Assembly (NCBI RefSeq): GCF_030684315.1 | Contig: NC_081356.1 | Location: 59,566,835 to 59,630,834, forward strand | DNA from: Stegostoma tigrinum | Taxonomy: Eukaryota | Direction of reading: 5' to 3' | Length of the DNA: 64,000 bases | In this document: positions 39,531-52,560 of the stretch, piece by piece | How positions within the stretch are numbered: the first letter of the stretch is position 1 | Layout of the letters: every line of letters begins with the position of its first letter | Made by a program: the position numbers and the translations under genes | Notes under the pieces: model-generated | Told to the model about the DNA's origin: nothing | Databases searched by the model: none | Seen by the model: only the letters and a program-made list of their open reading frames with translations

Positions 39531-42500
39531 ACCCTGTAGCACCATTACATTTGAGGGAACCTGCAGCCATGACTTCTTCTTCTGGAGGCTATTTAGCAGC
39601 CATTGGAAGTTGCCGCTGCTCCTGGTCTTGCTGACACATTTGTTGTTGCTCAATTTGTCTGTGCCTTTGTAGTACACAATGAACCCAGTGATGATCAACC
39701 CTGTTGCAGTTGGATGCATTGTTCACTTTTCCAATGAACCTGCATGGGGATTATCAGAAACAGAGCCTGTGCTTATTAATGTGAACAGGCACCATTCATA
39801 TCACACACAAATGCCAATATAACATGGTTCTTGATATGTGGACCACTCCAACAAGAAGAATCATGGCACGTCTGCACATGGACATTTGGCATAGTTCTGA
39901 TACGAACAGCATAAGCCACACCTTACGAATACAGCAGGAGATTGTAAACACAGGTAGGATTAGTGAAATGTTGCCTCTCACCCCCAACCCCCAGTTCTTC
40001 AAAGAAAGGTAATATTGTGCCTAAGAGTATGTTGGCATACATTTACAATTTAAGGTGAGAGGAATTCAGTTCTGTGCCCTTGTGCAGCCACTGAGAACTT
40101 TGTCTTTGTGAATTTGTGGCCCATAGGTGACAGCTTTAAGACCTCGATTAGTTACTTCTGCTGCATAGAGATGATTGTGATAATTTGTAATGACCAATCA
40201 CATAGTCAAAATTGTTTGTGGCCAAGATTGTATCCAGTATAGCTGGTCACTGCATGTGTTTCACAGGCAGAGTTCTATCATTGCAAGTGCCTTTAGCGCT
40301 TGTGTAAGTGTCTGATGAATGCAATGTCTATTTAAGGGGCCTCACATTGACCTTAAGTACAACTCACATTCTCAGGGAAAATTACTTACACTACCCACTC
40401 CAGTTGTGATGGCAGCTATTTTTCATTTCCATCGCACATTTACAGTTTGGATGTGGCTGGAACATGACACACTTTACACAGTCAGTTCTTTAGCCTGTTA
40501 GTCGAGGTGACTTGCTAAACCTTCATGTACTTTTCATCCTTATGTTCCATGTTGAACCCATCAATTCCAACCAACTCTTTCACTTTTTTCAACATTTGCT
40601 GATGTAATGTGAGCTTCACTGCTACTTCAGTGTTTATTCCCCCTCCCTTATTGCCAAGGAGTAGTTAAGAATCAACCATAATTGTTGTGGGGTCTGTAGT
40701 CACGTGCAGGTCAATCCAGGCAGGATGGCAAATTTCCTTGCCTAAAGGACGTTAGTGAACTGCCTGGGTTCATTGCAAGTGGCTGCATGGTTACCATTTG
40801 GCTAGCTTTTGGTTCTAGATATTTTCTTTATTAAATTCAAACATCACCATCTGCCCTAATGGAATTTGTAACTATGTCCCCAGAAACAGTAACGTGGGTT
40901 TCTGCATTGCTAGCCCAGGCACATTAGTCCACCATTCCCTCTTCATCTACCAACATTATGCCTGTGTCCTGGCCTACAGCTTATCCTTGGCAATTATCAT
41001 GATGCATTGTCTTCCCATCAAAGCCAGGGTGCTGATAACCATTGATAATATACTCCTGCTACAGTAACCTGTGCTATCCAATATTTTATTGGTTCCCATC
41101 CTTGTATATTGAGCTTTTTCCATGTCATAATTTTACCTGCATTCTATCCCAACATGCGTCCTCAAATCCCCATGATTGACTTCCCCAAAATCCCTACCAC
41201 AGCTGTAGCCCTTGATAACCCACATGACTTTCATGGACCAGACCACCCATACTGACTGTTGGCCCCTGCCTACTCCATGCCCCCCACCCCACTCACATGG
41301 AATGACAGCCTTGACTGATGAGTGACCAGATCTCTGACTGATGACTGTGTCGCGCCCAAACTAATTTCCTGTCAATCCCCTCACTGATTGCACACTGATT
41401 GTGGTTGGGGCCCTGGCTGACAACAGTCCACTCCCTTGACTGATCATTGCTGTCAACATTAACAAGGTAATAGGTTTGCTGTGTGCTAAAAGGCAAAATG
41501 AGACAAAAGTATGGTGAGAATGTAAAGTTCTGAATGAGGCAGAAAAGTGCTGAAAGGAAAGGGAGTGTCATTGTCAAGTAGTTATGACTTAAATGAACAC
41601 TAAGAATAGATTCACCCTGTCTGATGCGTGAACTGGGTGACTCTCAGTGTGCAAAGTGACCTGATCGCAGCATTACAATGAAAAGTGCTCCAAAGTGCAG
41701 CAGTTAAGTGGATAACTGTACTCTAAGTGAGTCAGCGATGTGTAATCGTGCATTAAGGCTTGTCTGTACCTGATACCAACCTTTTTGACTGCCCATGGAT
41801 TGTGCTCTGAGGGGTTAGGTACTGCTGTTCAAGATGCAGGCTCCAAACAGCAAGTGGGGAGCCATAGCCATGCAGTCACTCTTTAATGTTCTTGTTGGGA
41901 ATTAGTATGGCCTACTTTCTTTCTGCTAGCTGAGAGAATAGCAAACTGCACGCAAATGAGGCAAGAATAGGTACTAATGAAATATTAATGCATGAAAATG
42001 GGCCTATATCCACTCATCATTGACAGTCTCATCTTGCCATTGAAACCCTCAGTGGAAAGTCAGACCTTTTTTGTTTTCGTCAAGGATCCAATTTTTCTAA
42101 TCTTTCAATATGTTTTCAGTTGAGCTGTTAAGACCATTTCTTCAGGGGCTGAGAAAATTCTGCCCAACATTTATGTCCAGGCAGACAGATTCTTGATTTG
42201 ATAGCCCAGCCAAAAGATAGCAGCTTTGATTGTACAGCATTCCTGCATCACAGTGTCCATGCTATCAAACTATGGAGAAAATTTTGAACTGTTAACTTTC
42301 TGACTCAGAGAAAAGGATGTTACCACTGAAACTAGCTGATGAAACTCCTTTACAGGCAATATTTGCCAGTGTTGATTTATCCACATTTAAAAGATACTGC
42401 CATCATAATCCCAGTAGACCATAGGGCTGTTCTCTCATAAGAGAGAGATGGCTGGTGTGAGTCTAACTGAGGGTCACCATCCCTGGGGGAAGATGCAAGA

Positions 42501-42684
42501 ATGAGAACACGATGTCTTCATGGTAACCTCAACTCATGCAGGAATTGAATCTGTGCTGTAATGTCATAATGCATTGCAAACCAGCTGTCCAGTCAATTGT
42601 GCTAACTGACACCCTTACTTTTATGATATAACAAAACTTGATAATATTTGATATTCATTTGATATAATCATAATTGATAACATA

Positions 42685-42904
42685 ATAAAATGTGAGGCTG
42701 GATGAACACAGCAGGCCCAGCAGCATCTCAGGAGCACAAAAGCTGATGTTTCGGGCCTAGACCCTTCACCATGATCTCTGATGAAGGGTCTATGCCCGAA
42801 ACGTCAGCATTTGTGCTCCTGAGATGCTGCTGGGCCTGCTGTGTTCATCCAGCCTCACATTTTATTACCTTGGATTCTCCAGCGTCTGCAGTTCCCATTA
42901 TCTC
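42685..42904. mobile_element. Palindromic pLTR element (family 1)
   Basis: Flanking direct repeat taattgataacata (42671-42684, 42905-42918). Hammerhead core at 42778-42807. Confidence 0.9.
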
Positions 42905-43380
42905 TAATTGATAACATACCTGGCTCTTTAAACCCACAGTGACTTGCATGATCACATGGACAACTGTACCAGAAATTTTCTCTGAGGATCTTTTGATCTG
43001 CTACTATAAGTGCAATAGAACCTCAGTATTGATTATTTAGCAGTATCTGAGGCTGCCCTTCTGTAATGTGAAAATTATACATGATTGACACATTAAGACA
43101 CAGAACTTTAAAATAATTGATTCAGTTTTTTTTATAAAAACAAGCAACAATGTTGCAAGTAGCTAACAGGGCTGTGAACATCTTCAGAGAGAAATAAAAC
43201 TTAACCCTTTCTTTTAAAACAAATTCATACGTTGGTTGTGGGTGGCTAAGCCAGTATTTCTTGGCCTTTTCTAGTTGCCCAGAGGATAGCTAAGAGTGAT
43301 CCACATTGCTATAGGCCAAACCAGATAAGGACAGCAGATTTCCTTCTACAAAGGACAGTCCTGAAACAGATAAGTTTACA

Positions 43381-44315
43381 GTGAGGTTGCTGCTAGCTTG
43401 CCAAGCTGACGGGTTATCGTGCAGACATTTCGTCACCATGCTCGGTAACATCATCAGTGCGGTCTTCGATGAAGCGTTGTTGTTCTGCTCTGCTATGATC
43501 CAGTCGGTTAAGTTGGGTTGTGTCATTTCCAGTTCGATTTTGCATGGGGTCTAATTCCACATGTTTGTTAATTGCATTCCCGGTTGAAAACTAGGCCTCT
43601 AGGAATTCCCAAGCATGTCTATGGTTGGCTTGAGCTAGGCTGGCCATGTTGTCCTAGTTAAATTGATGGCCTTCGTTGTCTGAGTGCACTGATATGAGAG
43701 AAAGTTTGTCATGCTGTTTTGCAGCTAGCTGGTGTTCATGCATCCTGATGGCTAGTTCCCTCACAATTTGGCCAGTTTAATGTTTGTTGCAGTCATTGCA
43801 AGGTATTTTGTAAGCTATGTAGGTCCTGCATGTGATGGGTATGGGGTCATTTGTCCTTGAGAGTGTTTTGTCGTAGTGTGGCTGTGGGTTTCTGGGCTGT
43901 CCTGACTCCTAGTGGTCATAGGAATCTCATTGTCAGTTCTGATATGTTCAGAATTCATCAGGGTAGAATGAATGATCAACAGGGAGTTCTAACCAACACA
44001 GACCAAATCCTCAATTTCCACACTCATCACCCCAACGTCCGCAAACAAAGCTGTGTTAGGACACTATTCAAATGGGCCACAACTCGCTGCAACACACCAA
44101 AACTATGCAAGAAAGAGGAGGAGCACCTATACAAGGTCTTTGTTAATGGATATCCCAACAACTTCGTCCGCTAGATAGGCAACACCAAGAGGACACAGTA
44201 CATCCCAATACACTGGCCACACAACCATATCAGAACATACCAGAACTGACAACGAGATTTCTGCAAGCCAATAACCTCATCCACAACCCAAGCCATAAAT
44301 CTTTGCAAGAACCTT
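43381..44315. mobile_element. Rearranged Penelope-like element (fourth family) inserted in a SINE
   Basis: Minus-strand 3' end and GIY-YIG at 43381-43955. Plus-strand RT-thumb TNTDQILNFHTHHP..KQSCVRTLF..NGYP at 43990-44260. Termini are inverted. Confidence 0.8.
43421..43460 (-). ncRNA. Minimal type I hammerhead ribozyme motif
   Basis: GCA-CUGAUGA-U-GUUACC-gagcau-GGUGAC-GAAA-UG-UC-UGC: 3-bp stem I, 6-bp stem II, loopless stem III. Confidence 0.7.
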
Positions 44316-44845
44316 AAAGGTTTTACAACAATCGACACTGTTGCATGGTGACCATTCAGTTAGCCTTTTAATCCAGATTTTGTTGAATTCAAAGTTCACC
44401 CTCGGCCATTGTGGGATTCAATCATATGTTTGATGAGGTCTGGCTGATATCCATAGAACATTAGGCTGGGATCCTGGATTACTCACCCAATAACATTACC
44501 ACAACACTACCGTTTCCCCATAACTTACTGTCAGTGATCTGATGTCAAAAACAGGAGTTTTTAAATAAGTAAAGTACTGTCATGACATAATGGTGTACAA
44601 ATTAAAAGCATTAACTCTGCTTCTGTCTCTCCCCATGGTTGTTGGGCAACACTGAGTATTTCATAGAATTTCTGCTTTTATTTCAAATTTCCAACATTCA
44701 TGGTACTTTGTTCTGGTATGTCATAAATTCAGAGGAACATTTCAAAAACAATAAATGGCACGCACGATCTGCCAGTTTGTACACCAGTTTTAATGCCTGA
44801 TTGCTGTGTCCACACCAAGTATATGTTAACAGGTATATTATTTCA

Positions 44846-44849
<4 letters not shown>

Positions 44850-44895
<46 letters not shown>

Positions 44896-44906
44896 TATAC
44901 ATACAC
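44850..44906. repeat. (TA)n/(CA)n microsatellite
   Basis: Directly visible. Confidence 0.95.
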
Positions 44907-44949
44907 AAACTTTCCTCTAAACATAATTCTATTAAAACAGCACCAAATA

Positions 44950-47900
44950 CATGTTTCTGATGGCAATGTTTATTGTAAGACAGAATTTTTCCATTGAATT
45001 TGTTGTATCACAACAAAGTTTCCATTTCAATTTGAGAAACTGGTCACATTTCAACATACAAATATATAACACAGTTACTTAGGCATCATCTAAAAATCAG
45101 CCAAGTGCTACACAGACTATTCAAGAAATAAATGTGTACAACAGACTGGAATGGAAAAAAAAGGCAAAGCCTCCAATAAAACAACATCATGAGGCCGATT
45201 TGGGCAGTAGGCTGCTCAAAACTGGACATGTTAAATTTTTAAACTGAATTTCATGTAATTAGTGATCCACAAAATTCCACCTGCCACAGAGCTCCTTTGA
45301 GAACTCCTGTCCCTGCTGTCTCTCGCTATCTGCACTGGCTGAGTGTCATGATGAACCCACTAGTTTTGCAATCTTTGCTGATAATAAAAGAGTGAAGGCC
45401 CAGGTGTGGGAACGGTCAGGGCTTTGGACCAAATCCATCTAACAAGTGCTGGGCATGTTTCTTCTGGCTTCTGCTCCTTGGAATCAGACACTTGATGACA
45501 ATCTTCCCCGCAAATCTTAATTTCAACATCTGTGTAGATTTTTTGTGAAAGACAGAACACAAAAATGTCTTCAATGGTTTTTTTTTGAGAAGACACTGAA
45601 AAATATCACTAAACAGAACAAAAGAAGATAGAAAATTATGTTAAATATCAAGATGAATTTTAGAAAAAAAAAACACCAGGTCACAGTTTCAGTTCCAAGA
45701 GGTTGGTAAAACTCATCTTCGTGGGTTAGGACAAAAAAATCTCTGCCTTCCTAACGCTGTAAAGAAGCTACAGGTAATTTCAAACTGAGGGAGGATTGGT
45801 TTATTGACATTATCCTGCCAATCACTATCACTAAGAAATGCAATAAAGCTGCAACATCAAGCTGAAATATCCATCAATCTTCAAATTGTTGAAACTATGC
45901 TCTCACACGATAAAAAAAATGAGGCTAACCCACACAGGGACTGTCTTTGGCCTGATTGGAAGCTACTCCCAGTATTGTAAGTGAATGAAATTAGCTGTAG
46001 TTCACATATCCTTTGATGTTGCCTGCTCTGTTCACCCCATCAAAAATCCAATGTGTAAGGAGTCAGTTGCTCATTAGCAGACAGAATATAATCACAACAC
46101 AAGACGTTTAATCAAGTGTGAATATAGCTAAAGATTTCTCCAGGCTCTGGTGACAGTACTTATTTTAACAGAAGCAGTCCCTCTTTCAGTGCCTTTGTCT
46201 AAATGTTGCTAATAGATCAATTTCTCTAAAATGTTAAAATTAGTTGTTGTCAGGCATGTGTTAGTAATGAACCCAAAGTGCTGTTACATATTGGATGCCA
46301 CACTTCAAATCCACAGAATGCACAAAAATGTTTCAAAGTTAGCTCATTTGCTGAGTTATTTTAAACTTGTTATGACAAACATATGCCACATTTTATGGCC
46401 ACTAAGTATTTTGAAATTTTGTCAGTAAATGTTGAGGCTTTTATTCCTCCATTTCAATGTTAACATCCATTGCTTTTTACAAAATAACTTGTAAGAGCAG
46501 AAAATGATACAGTGTAAGAAATAAATGTGATTTTATTAGCATAAAAGCTAATATATATTTTTTTATTGGCATTAACATTTCAAATGTTCAGAAGTTTTGA
46601 ACTTCTTAAAGAAATCTTGCTAAGTTCAACTTACAACAAAACTCACTAAATTCTTTATACATCTGTACTAAGATTTGGATTGATTATAATTCTGTTTGTA
46701 AGCCTAAATGTAGATGGAAGGCACATCCTTCAGATCATAGGAACAAAAAATACTGGAACGTATGAATGGGTTGAAGCTGTTGAGTCCTTCAAAGTGGTTC
46801 CCCATTCAAATAGAGCATGACCAATAACTATGTTACCTCCATTTATCTGTATTTGTTTCATACCCCTTAACGCTGTTGGCTAAAACATCCATTGATCTCA
46901 GGTTACTTGGTGGATCATCCTGAGAATATCTACATTTATCTGTTATGCTACGCTGCATATCAAGGGGATGTAAATGCCTTATACACTGCTAAACTGTTGT
47001 AGATCCGGCTGTTAAGAATTCAGCTTAATGAATCTGTCAAAATCACAAATGAGTAGCAGGACATAACGAAGAGTAAGTTGTGTCATTTATAGACAACTCA
47101 TTTTTTTTTCTAATTAACAGACATTTGAACCATTTTAATTAAACAAAACATGTAAAAGATCTAAGGCTTTAATTAATAACTTACGTAAAAAAATAAAACA
47201 ATCATTTGACAATTAAACTCAACATATTAAATCATTAAATATTTGGCCATTAAATTTAAAAAGTTGAATGGATATCCTATATAGACCTCCTCAAATTTAT
47301 GAGAAAACAGGAAAACAGACAAATCCTAAGAACAACCCATGGCTTGATGCTGAATGTAGTTACAAGTTTCAACAGTGCTCCCTCACAGAGGAAGTACATT
47401 TTCAAAAGGAGGAAACATTAGGTTTTGACAGATCAGGTGCTTATTTTAGTGTGAATTTGTCAAACAGATATGGCAGCTAACCTAGGATTCCCCAGCATCA
47501 CAAGATAACTGAGATTTATATGCCAACAAGCTAGACATGAGCCATTGACCATGCATTTTGTACTGCAATGCATCCATGCTCTGTCTGGCAGAACATTTTT
47601 AGAGGAAAAAAAATTAAGCAAGCAAAGGATGCTGAGAATGGTGATACCATAGCAACACAGCTAAGGTTAGGTTTTATGTGATGGCGACCATATCTCAATT
47701 ATAGGATCACTTCTGTCTACCACAGGGACTTAATTTCACTGTCTCTTTACAGATTATATGATCTTTATAATTTTTGTCCATATTCCTGTATTTCTATCAT
47801 CCTATCATACTGTTAAAGCATAAGACCATTTCCTGGAAGTAATGGCTTCCAATAGGGTTTCTAATTAAATATATGCAACATCATTATGGATAACATTCTA

Positions 47901-48894
47901 CATCTAAAAGGTGTACAAGAAATGAGCAATATTTTGTACATACATTATGGTATTAGGATCATGCACAATTATATTTCACTCACATACCTAAGGGAAAGAA
48001 TGTTATAGGATAAGTACATTTTCAGATGATTTGCCTAGACAACTACAAGTGCTGTGTTATTAAAGTCAATCACCTTCAGTATTTGACCCTGAAATTAATA
48101 CTGAACGTTACAACACACTCCAGCCTGAAGCTCAGAAAGCCTGTCTGGAGACTGCATTTACATATTTGACGTTTTGCATTGTTATAGATGCCCAGTTCAC
48201 AGCAAATTGTTGTATCACGCTTGCTTCTTTGTGAGACATGTTATCCAATGCAAAAAAAAAGAGAAAGCAAGAAGCTGGGAAACATTTCTGTACCATGGGC
48301 TTGAATAAAGTGGCTAAATAACAGCATGTATTCGAGGTTAGTTTTAGAGACTCCAGTAGCAAAGTTGAAGCCTATTAAATTATCAGTATGCAATAAATCA
48401 TGACATAATGCCTTTCTTCACTGAATTAAAAAATATTTTCCATATATGTAGATATTTCCTTATTTTCAGCTATGTTTTGTTCATGGCCTGTGGAATATAT
48501 GTATTTGAATCAGTTGTTTTCTTTGCTTTGTGTTGTAGCTGGGTACATATGATTCACAGTCATCTGTTCTTCCCTTTTTTCATCCAAATCGAAGGCAAAT
48601 CACTTAGAATATTTGTAAATTGCAGTGAGAAATTTTGACTGTCTTCAGCAGAATAATCAGTTAGATTAAGGCCTGAGTTTAGGCAGAGTTGCAAATGAGC
48701 AAAAGCCAAATTAATTTGAGTGAGAATGATAAAACTCAAAGTCAATAATGCATCTACAGATGGAGAAGTTTTACCATTTTGCCCTTTAAAGCTTCTCTCA
48801 TTGCTATTAATACTGTCAGGAATCAGAGCATGTTTCTTCGTAATGCAGCAACAATCTCACACGCACACGCCGTCTACAATTGTGAAAGTGATGC
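44950..48894 (-). other. NTRK2: Probable long NTRK2 3'UTR
   Basis: AT-rich, nearly transposon-free ~3.9 kb after the stop codon, ending near a minus-strand AATAAA. The end point is inferred. Confidence 0.55.
44969..44974 (-). terminator. Candidate polyadenylation signal AATAAA
   Basis: tttatt on + strand, followed on the minus strand by a U/GU-rich tract (atgtatttggtgctgtttt). Other AATAAA hexamers occur near 46440-46570. Confidence 0.5.
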
Positions 48895-49080
48895 TTAGCC
48901 AAGAATATCCAGATAGACTGGGGAGGCCTTTGCCAATGTTTGGAGGAGACTGTGAATTTCCTTGATGTTGAGCCTCATGTGTGGTTCACGCTGCCAGCAA
49001 CCAAGCATCAGGTCATAGACTTCTTTCGGGCAGGTTCGAGGGCGTTGAAGTACACGTCCTTGTGTGATGCACTCAATAAC
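48895..49080 (-). CDS. NTRK2: TrkB (NTRK2) last coding exon, with PLC-gamma docking tail
   Basis: Acceptor ...atttccaccAG. Translates [61 protein letters not shown] then TAA (48895-48897). [13 protein letters not shown] and [11 protein letters not shown] are TrkB-type. Absent from the supplied ORF track. Confidence 0.96.
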   Translation of the reverse strand, partial: VIECITQGRVLQRPRTCPKEVYDLMLGCWQREPHMRLNIKEIHSLLQTLAKASPVYLDILG

Positions 49081-50012
49081 CTGGTGGAAATATTAGAGAA
49101 TGTTTGGATTAACAGTGACTTAGTCTTCACAATTTGAGTGACTTTTTTGCGACTTTGGATAAATTGGATCCATTTGTTTTCTATTATTGTCTTTTTTAAT
49201 TCAATGTCAGGCTATAGATGTTTTTAGCCTAGATACTAGGCAAAATCCTGGTTTGCCTACAATAACCACTTTAGCCAGTTCCCAAGAAGGGCCAGAAAGT
49301 ATCAACCTCTCCAATTTCCTTTCCCTGAGTGTTTGCTTACTTCCCAGATAGACGATTGAGCAAACAGTGATTAAACTTGCAATGATCACTCCTCTTTGGC
49401 ACCATAACACTCAGTTTTCCTGTACTGTCTGTCTTAATTTGTTCACATATCATTCTGTCATCTAATTCTACCCACTCTTAAGTTACACACTCAGATCATT
49501 AGATAATTGATCTTATGAACACTATTCATTGTGTTTACATTTAAAAAAGAAAAATTTAAATCTAAGAAAAAATCTTGAAGATTGCCAGCATCATACTTAA
49601 AGGAACTGGCAGTCATACTGTTTTCAGAATTACTGTGTGTCTTTTCTCCTGTCCCCATTTCTGGGGGTTGGGCCATGGACTGCCATTGAATTGGTCCAAG
49701 TTATGAGCAATGTAATGCAGCCATTTGCCACTGCCTTCAGCAGGATGGCTGACCAGAAAATTTACCTGTCTCACACAAATTGCCAGAATTTACAGGCTCC
49801 TATATCACCTGCTTGGCCATGTTATGAATATACTTTCTATGGTCGCAAGTCCCGGCTTGGAACTCAAACCTGAGCTTCTGTCCCAGAGGTAGGATGCTAC
49901 CACTACACTACAAGACCACCAGCTTTCAATTACTAAATTCTCTATTTTCAGGTAACATATGAATTAAGACAAACACTGTTCGGTCTCCAAAAATGGCTGT
50001 ACTACTAAAGGA

Positions 50013-50219
50013 GTGATAAAGGGAACTGCAGATGCTGGAGAATCCAAGATAATAAAGTGTGAAGCTGGATGAACACAGCAGGCCAAGCAGCATCTCAGGA
50101 GCACGAAAGCTGATGTTTCCCCCTCTCTGATGAAGGGTCTAGGTCCGAAACGTCAGCTTTTGTGCTCCCGAGATGCTGCTTGGCCTGCTGCGTTCGTCCA
50201 GCTTCACACTTTATTATCT
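50013..50219. mobile_element. Palindromic pLTR element in the last NTRK2 intron
   Basis: TSD tgtactactaaagga / tgtactactatagga (49998-50012, 50220-50234). Hammerhead core on + strand at 50127-50156. Confidence 0.9.
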
Positions 50220-50269
50220 TGTACTACTATAGGATGCTGTTGCAAAGAATGGCTGCTACCTTTTGATTA

Positions 50270-50509
<240 letters not shown>

Positions 50510-52515
50510 TCACTACATCAGTAGTGAATCTGGTGAAATACAAAATACCACCACACTTAAGACATATTATGAATAGGTATAGCACTGAACTGAGACGAAG
50601 TTATACACTGTTTGTCCAGCTTTAGTCATTAGGACCATGATTCACACATTTTTATTTAAAAATGTGGTTTGTTTTTCTCTACTCTAAACTTAAAAATAAA
50701 CACAGCTCTTTTTATTTAAACTGGTTTAGTAATCTGCCTTACTTTTCTTGACATTAATCTCAATTCTCATTTTTTTTCCAATCTTGACAGCATATTGTTT
50801 TGATAACGCGATTGGCTCTGGAAAGGCATTTATTTTATCAGTAATTTTTGCTTAATTGTGCAAGCTCTTCTGCATTTCTAGAAATACAAGCTTCTGAAGA
50901 ATAAGATGGACCAGGATTTTTTTTAATATTGCCTGGATCAAAGGTCACCCAGCCAAACCACATTTATGGAAATTACCATCTGTCGTCTGTATCTCAGCAA
51001 CAGCAAGAGTGAGAGTGTAGCTGGATTACTGAAATAATTCAAAAATTGACATATTTTAGTGGCCTTTTATTGCCTAAAATAGGAACAGTTTCAATTGTAT
51101 GAATGTGGAACAAGCATATGCTGCAATTATTTTCTTCCTTATGCCAACTTTTGATGAATATATTGTATATTGCCCCATGCATTAATGGAAGGAGAATATT
51201 CTGAAGCAATACCAAACATTCAGCCTAGGTAAAAATGCTCAGAAATAAAATACTTTATGATTTATATACAGGAACAACATTGAACAAGGGAAATACAAAT
51301 GTACATTTTTCTTTATTGTTCGTGTTTTATTAATTTATTTTTCCTCATGTTCCTGGTTTCTTGCTAAGTTGGAAGAACACACCAGTCTAGAATCTTCAGA
51401 GTTGCTTCTTCTTTGCTTCCAACATTTGGCTGAAGTGCAACAGAGATCTCCCTCATATGATGCAGGAGGAGGCCATTCGACCCAGTGACCCTCTGAAGAG
51501 CTTCTTGCCCAGCCAAAGCTCCCCACGCTATTCCTGTAATCCCACATTTACCAGGACTATTCCACCATGGCATCCATGGTCACTACAAATAATTTAACAT
51601 AGCCAACCCACCCAACCCGTATATCTTTGGACTGTGAGAGGAAACCACAGCACCCGACGGGAAACTCATGCAGACAGGGGAGAATGTGCAAACTCCATAC
51701 CAACTTAAAGCTGGAATTGAACCTGGATCCTTGGCACTGTGAGGCAGCAGTGCTTACCAATGTATCACTAACCTGCCTGTGTTGCAAAATAGTCCTGCTA
51801 ACACCCTGCTCATACAACTCAACCTTATTGTTTGGCTAACACCCTGCTCATCAAATATACTAGGGTCCCTTTTAATTCTGATGGAATAGGAGTAAGGAAA
51901 TCAATTCCAACATGGCAGTCTTGTCTGTGAACTTACACTGGTGCCACAAAGCTTGGCCTTTCCAAAAATATTATTAGTTGAACACTCAAAACAATCTTAG
52001 CAACAACAATGATCCATGGAAATCTATTCCAAATAGTTTGAGCTAAATATAAGCAAGTGTATCTCTTTGATATATGATTAAGCCGTATATCAGGTAAATT
52101 TTATTTATTTGCAACCCAGGTGCTTTAATTTGTCTACAATTTGCACAAAGTGGAAGTAACGATGTATAATTCAAATCATTTGCTTCATTATACATCAGCT
52201 TACATGGGTGGTTAAAGATGGCTGATGTTCTTTAGCTCGAAGCCCAGCAAACACTCGATTCCAGTGCACAACTCAGAAGAAAGCAGCAGAGAACCATGTT
52301 GCTAAGATTATGCACATTTTTTGTTGCACTGGAACTTTTCCAGAAGAAAGATGGAATATTTGTACTTGGAAGAAGTGAGATGTCCCATTGTACATTCATG
52401 GGTAAAGATCTGTTTCTGTATGGCAGTTAGAAGGTGTCCTGGACAGCCACCATTATCAATATTACCGTCCTGAGAAATTGGGTTTATGGCCATATTTCCA
52501 GGCACACGGCCTTAC

Positions 52516-52560
52516 TGTGGGGTACTCATGTTCCAAATATATGTTGAGTCCACGGTCATT
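52516..52560 (-). CDS. Candidate 45-nt in-frame cassette exon in the NTRK2 intron (NDRGLNIYLEHEYPT)
   Basis: Minus strand reads ctctctctctcttttggagttttgatccattgttgcAG | 45 nt, stop-free in phase 0 | ACA/GTAAGG. Based on splice signals only. Confidence 0.3.
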
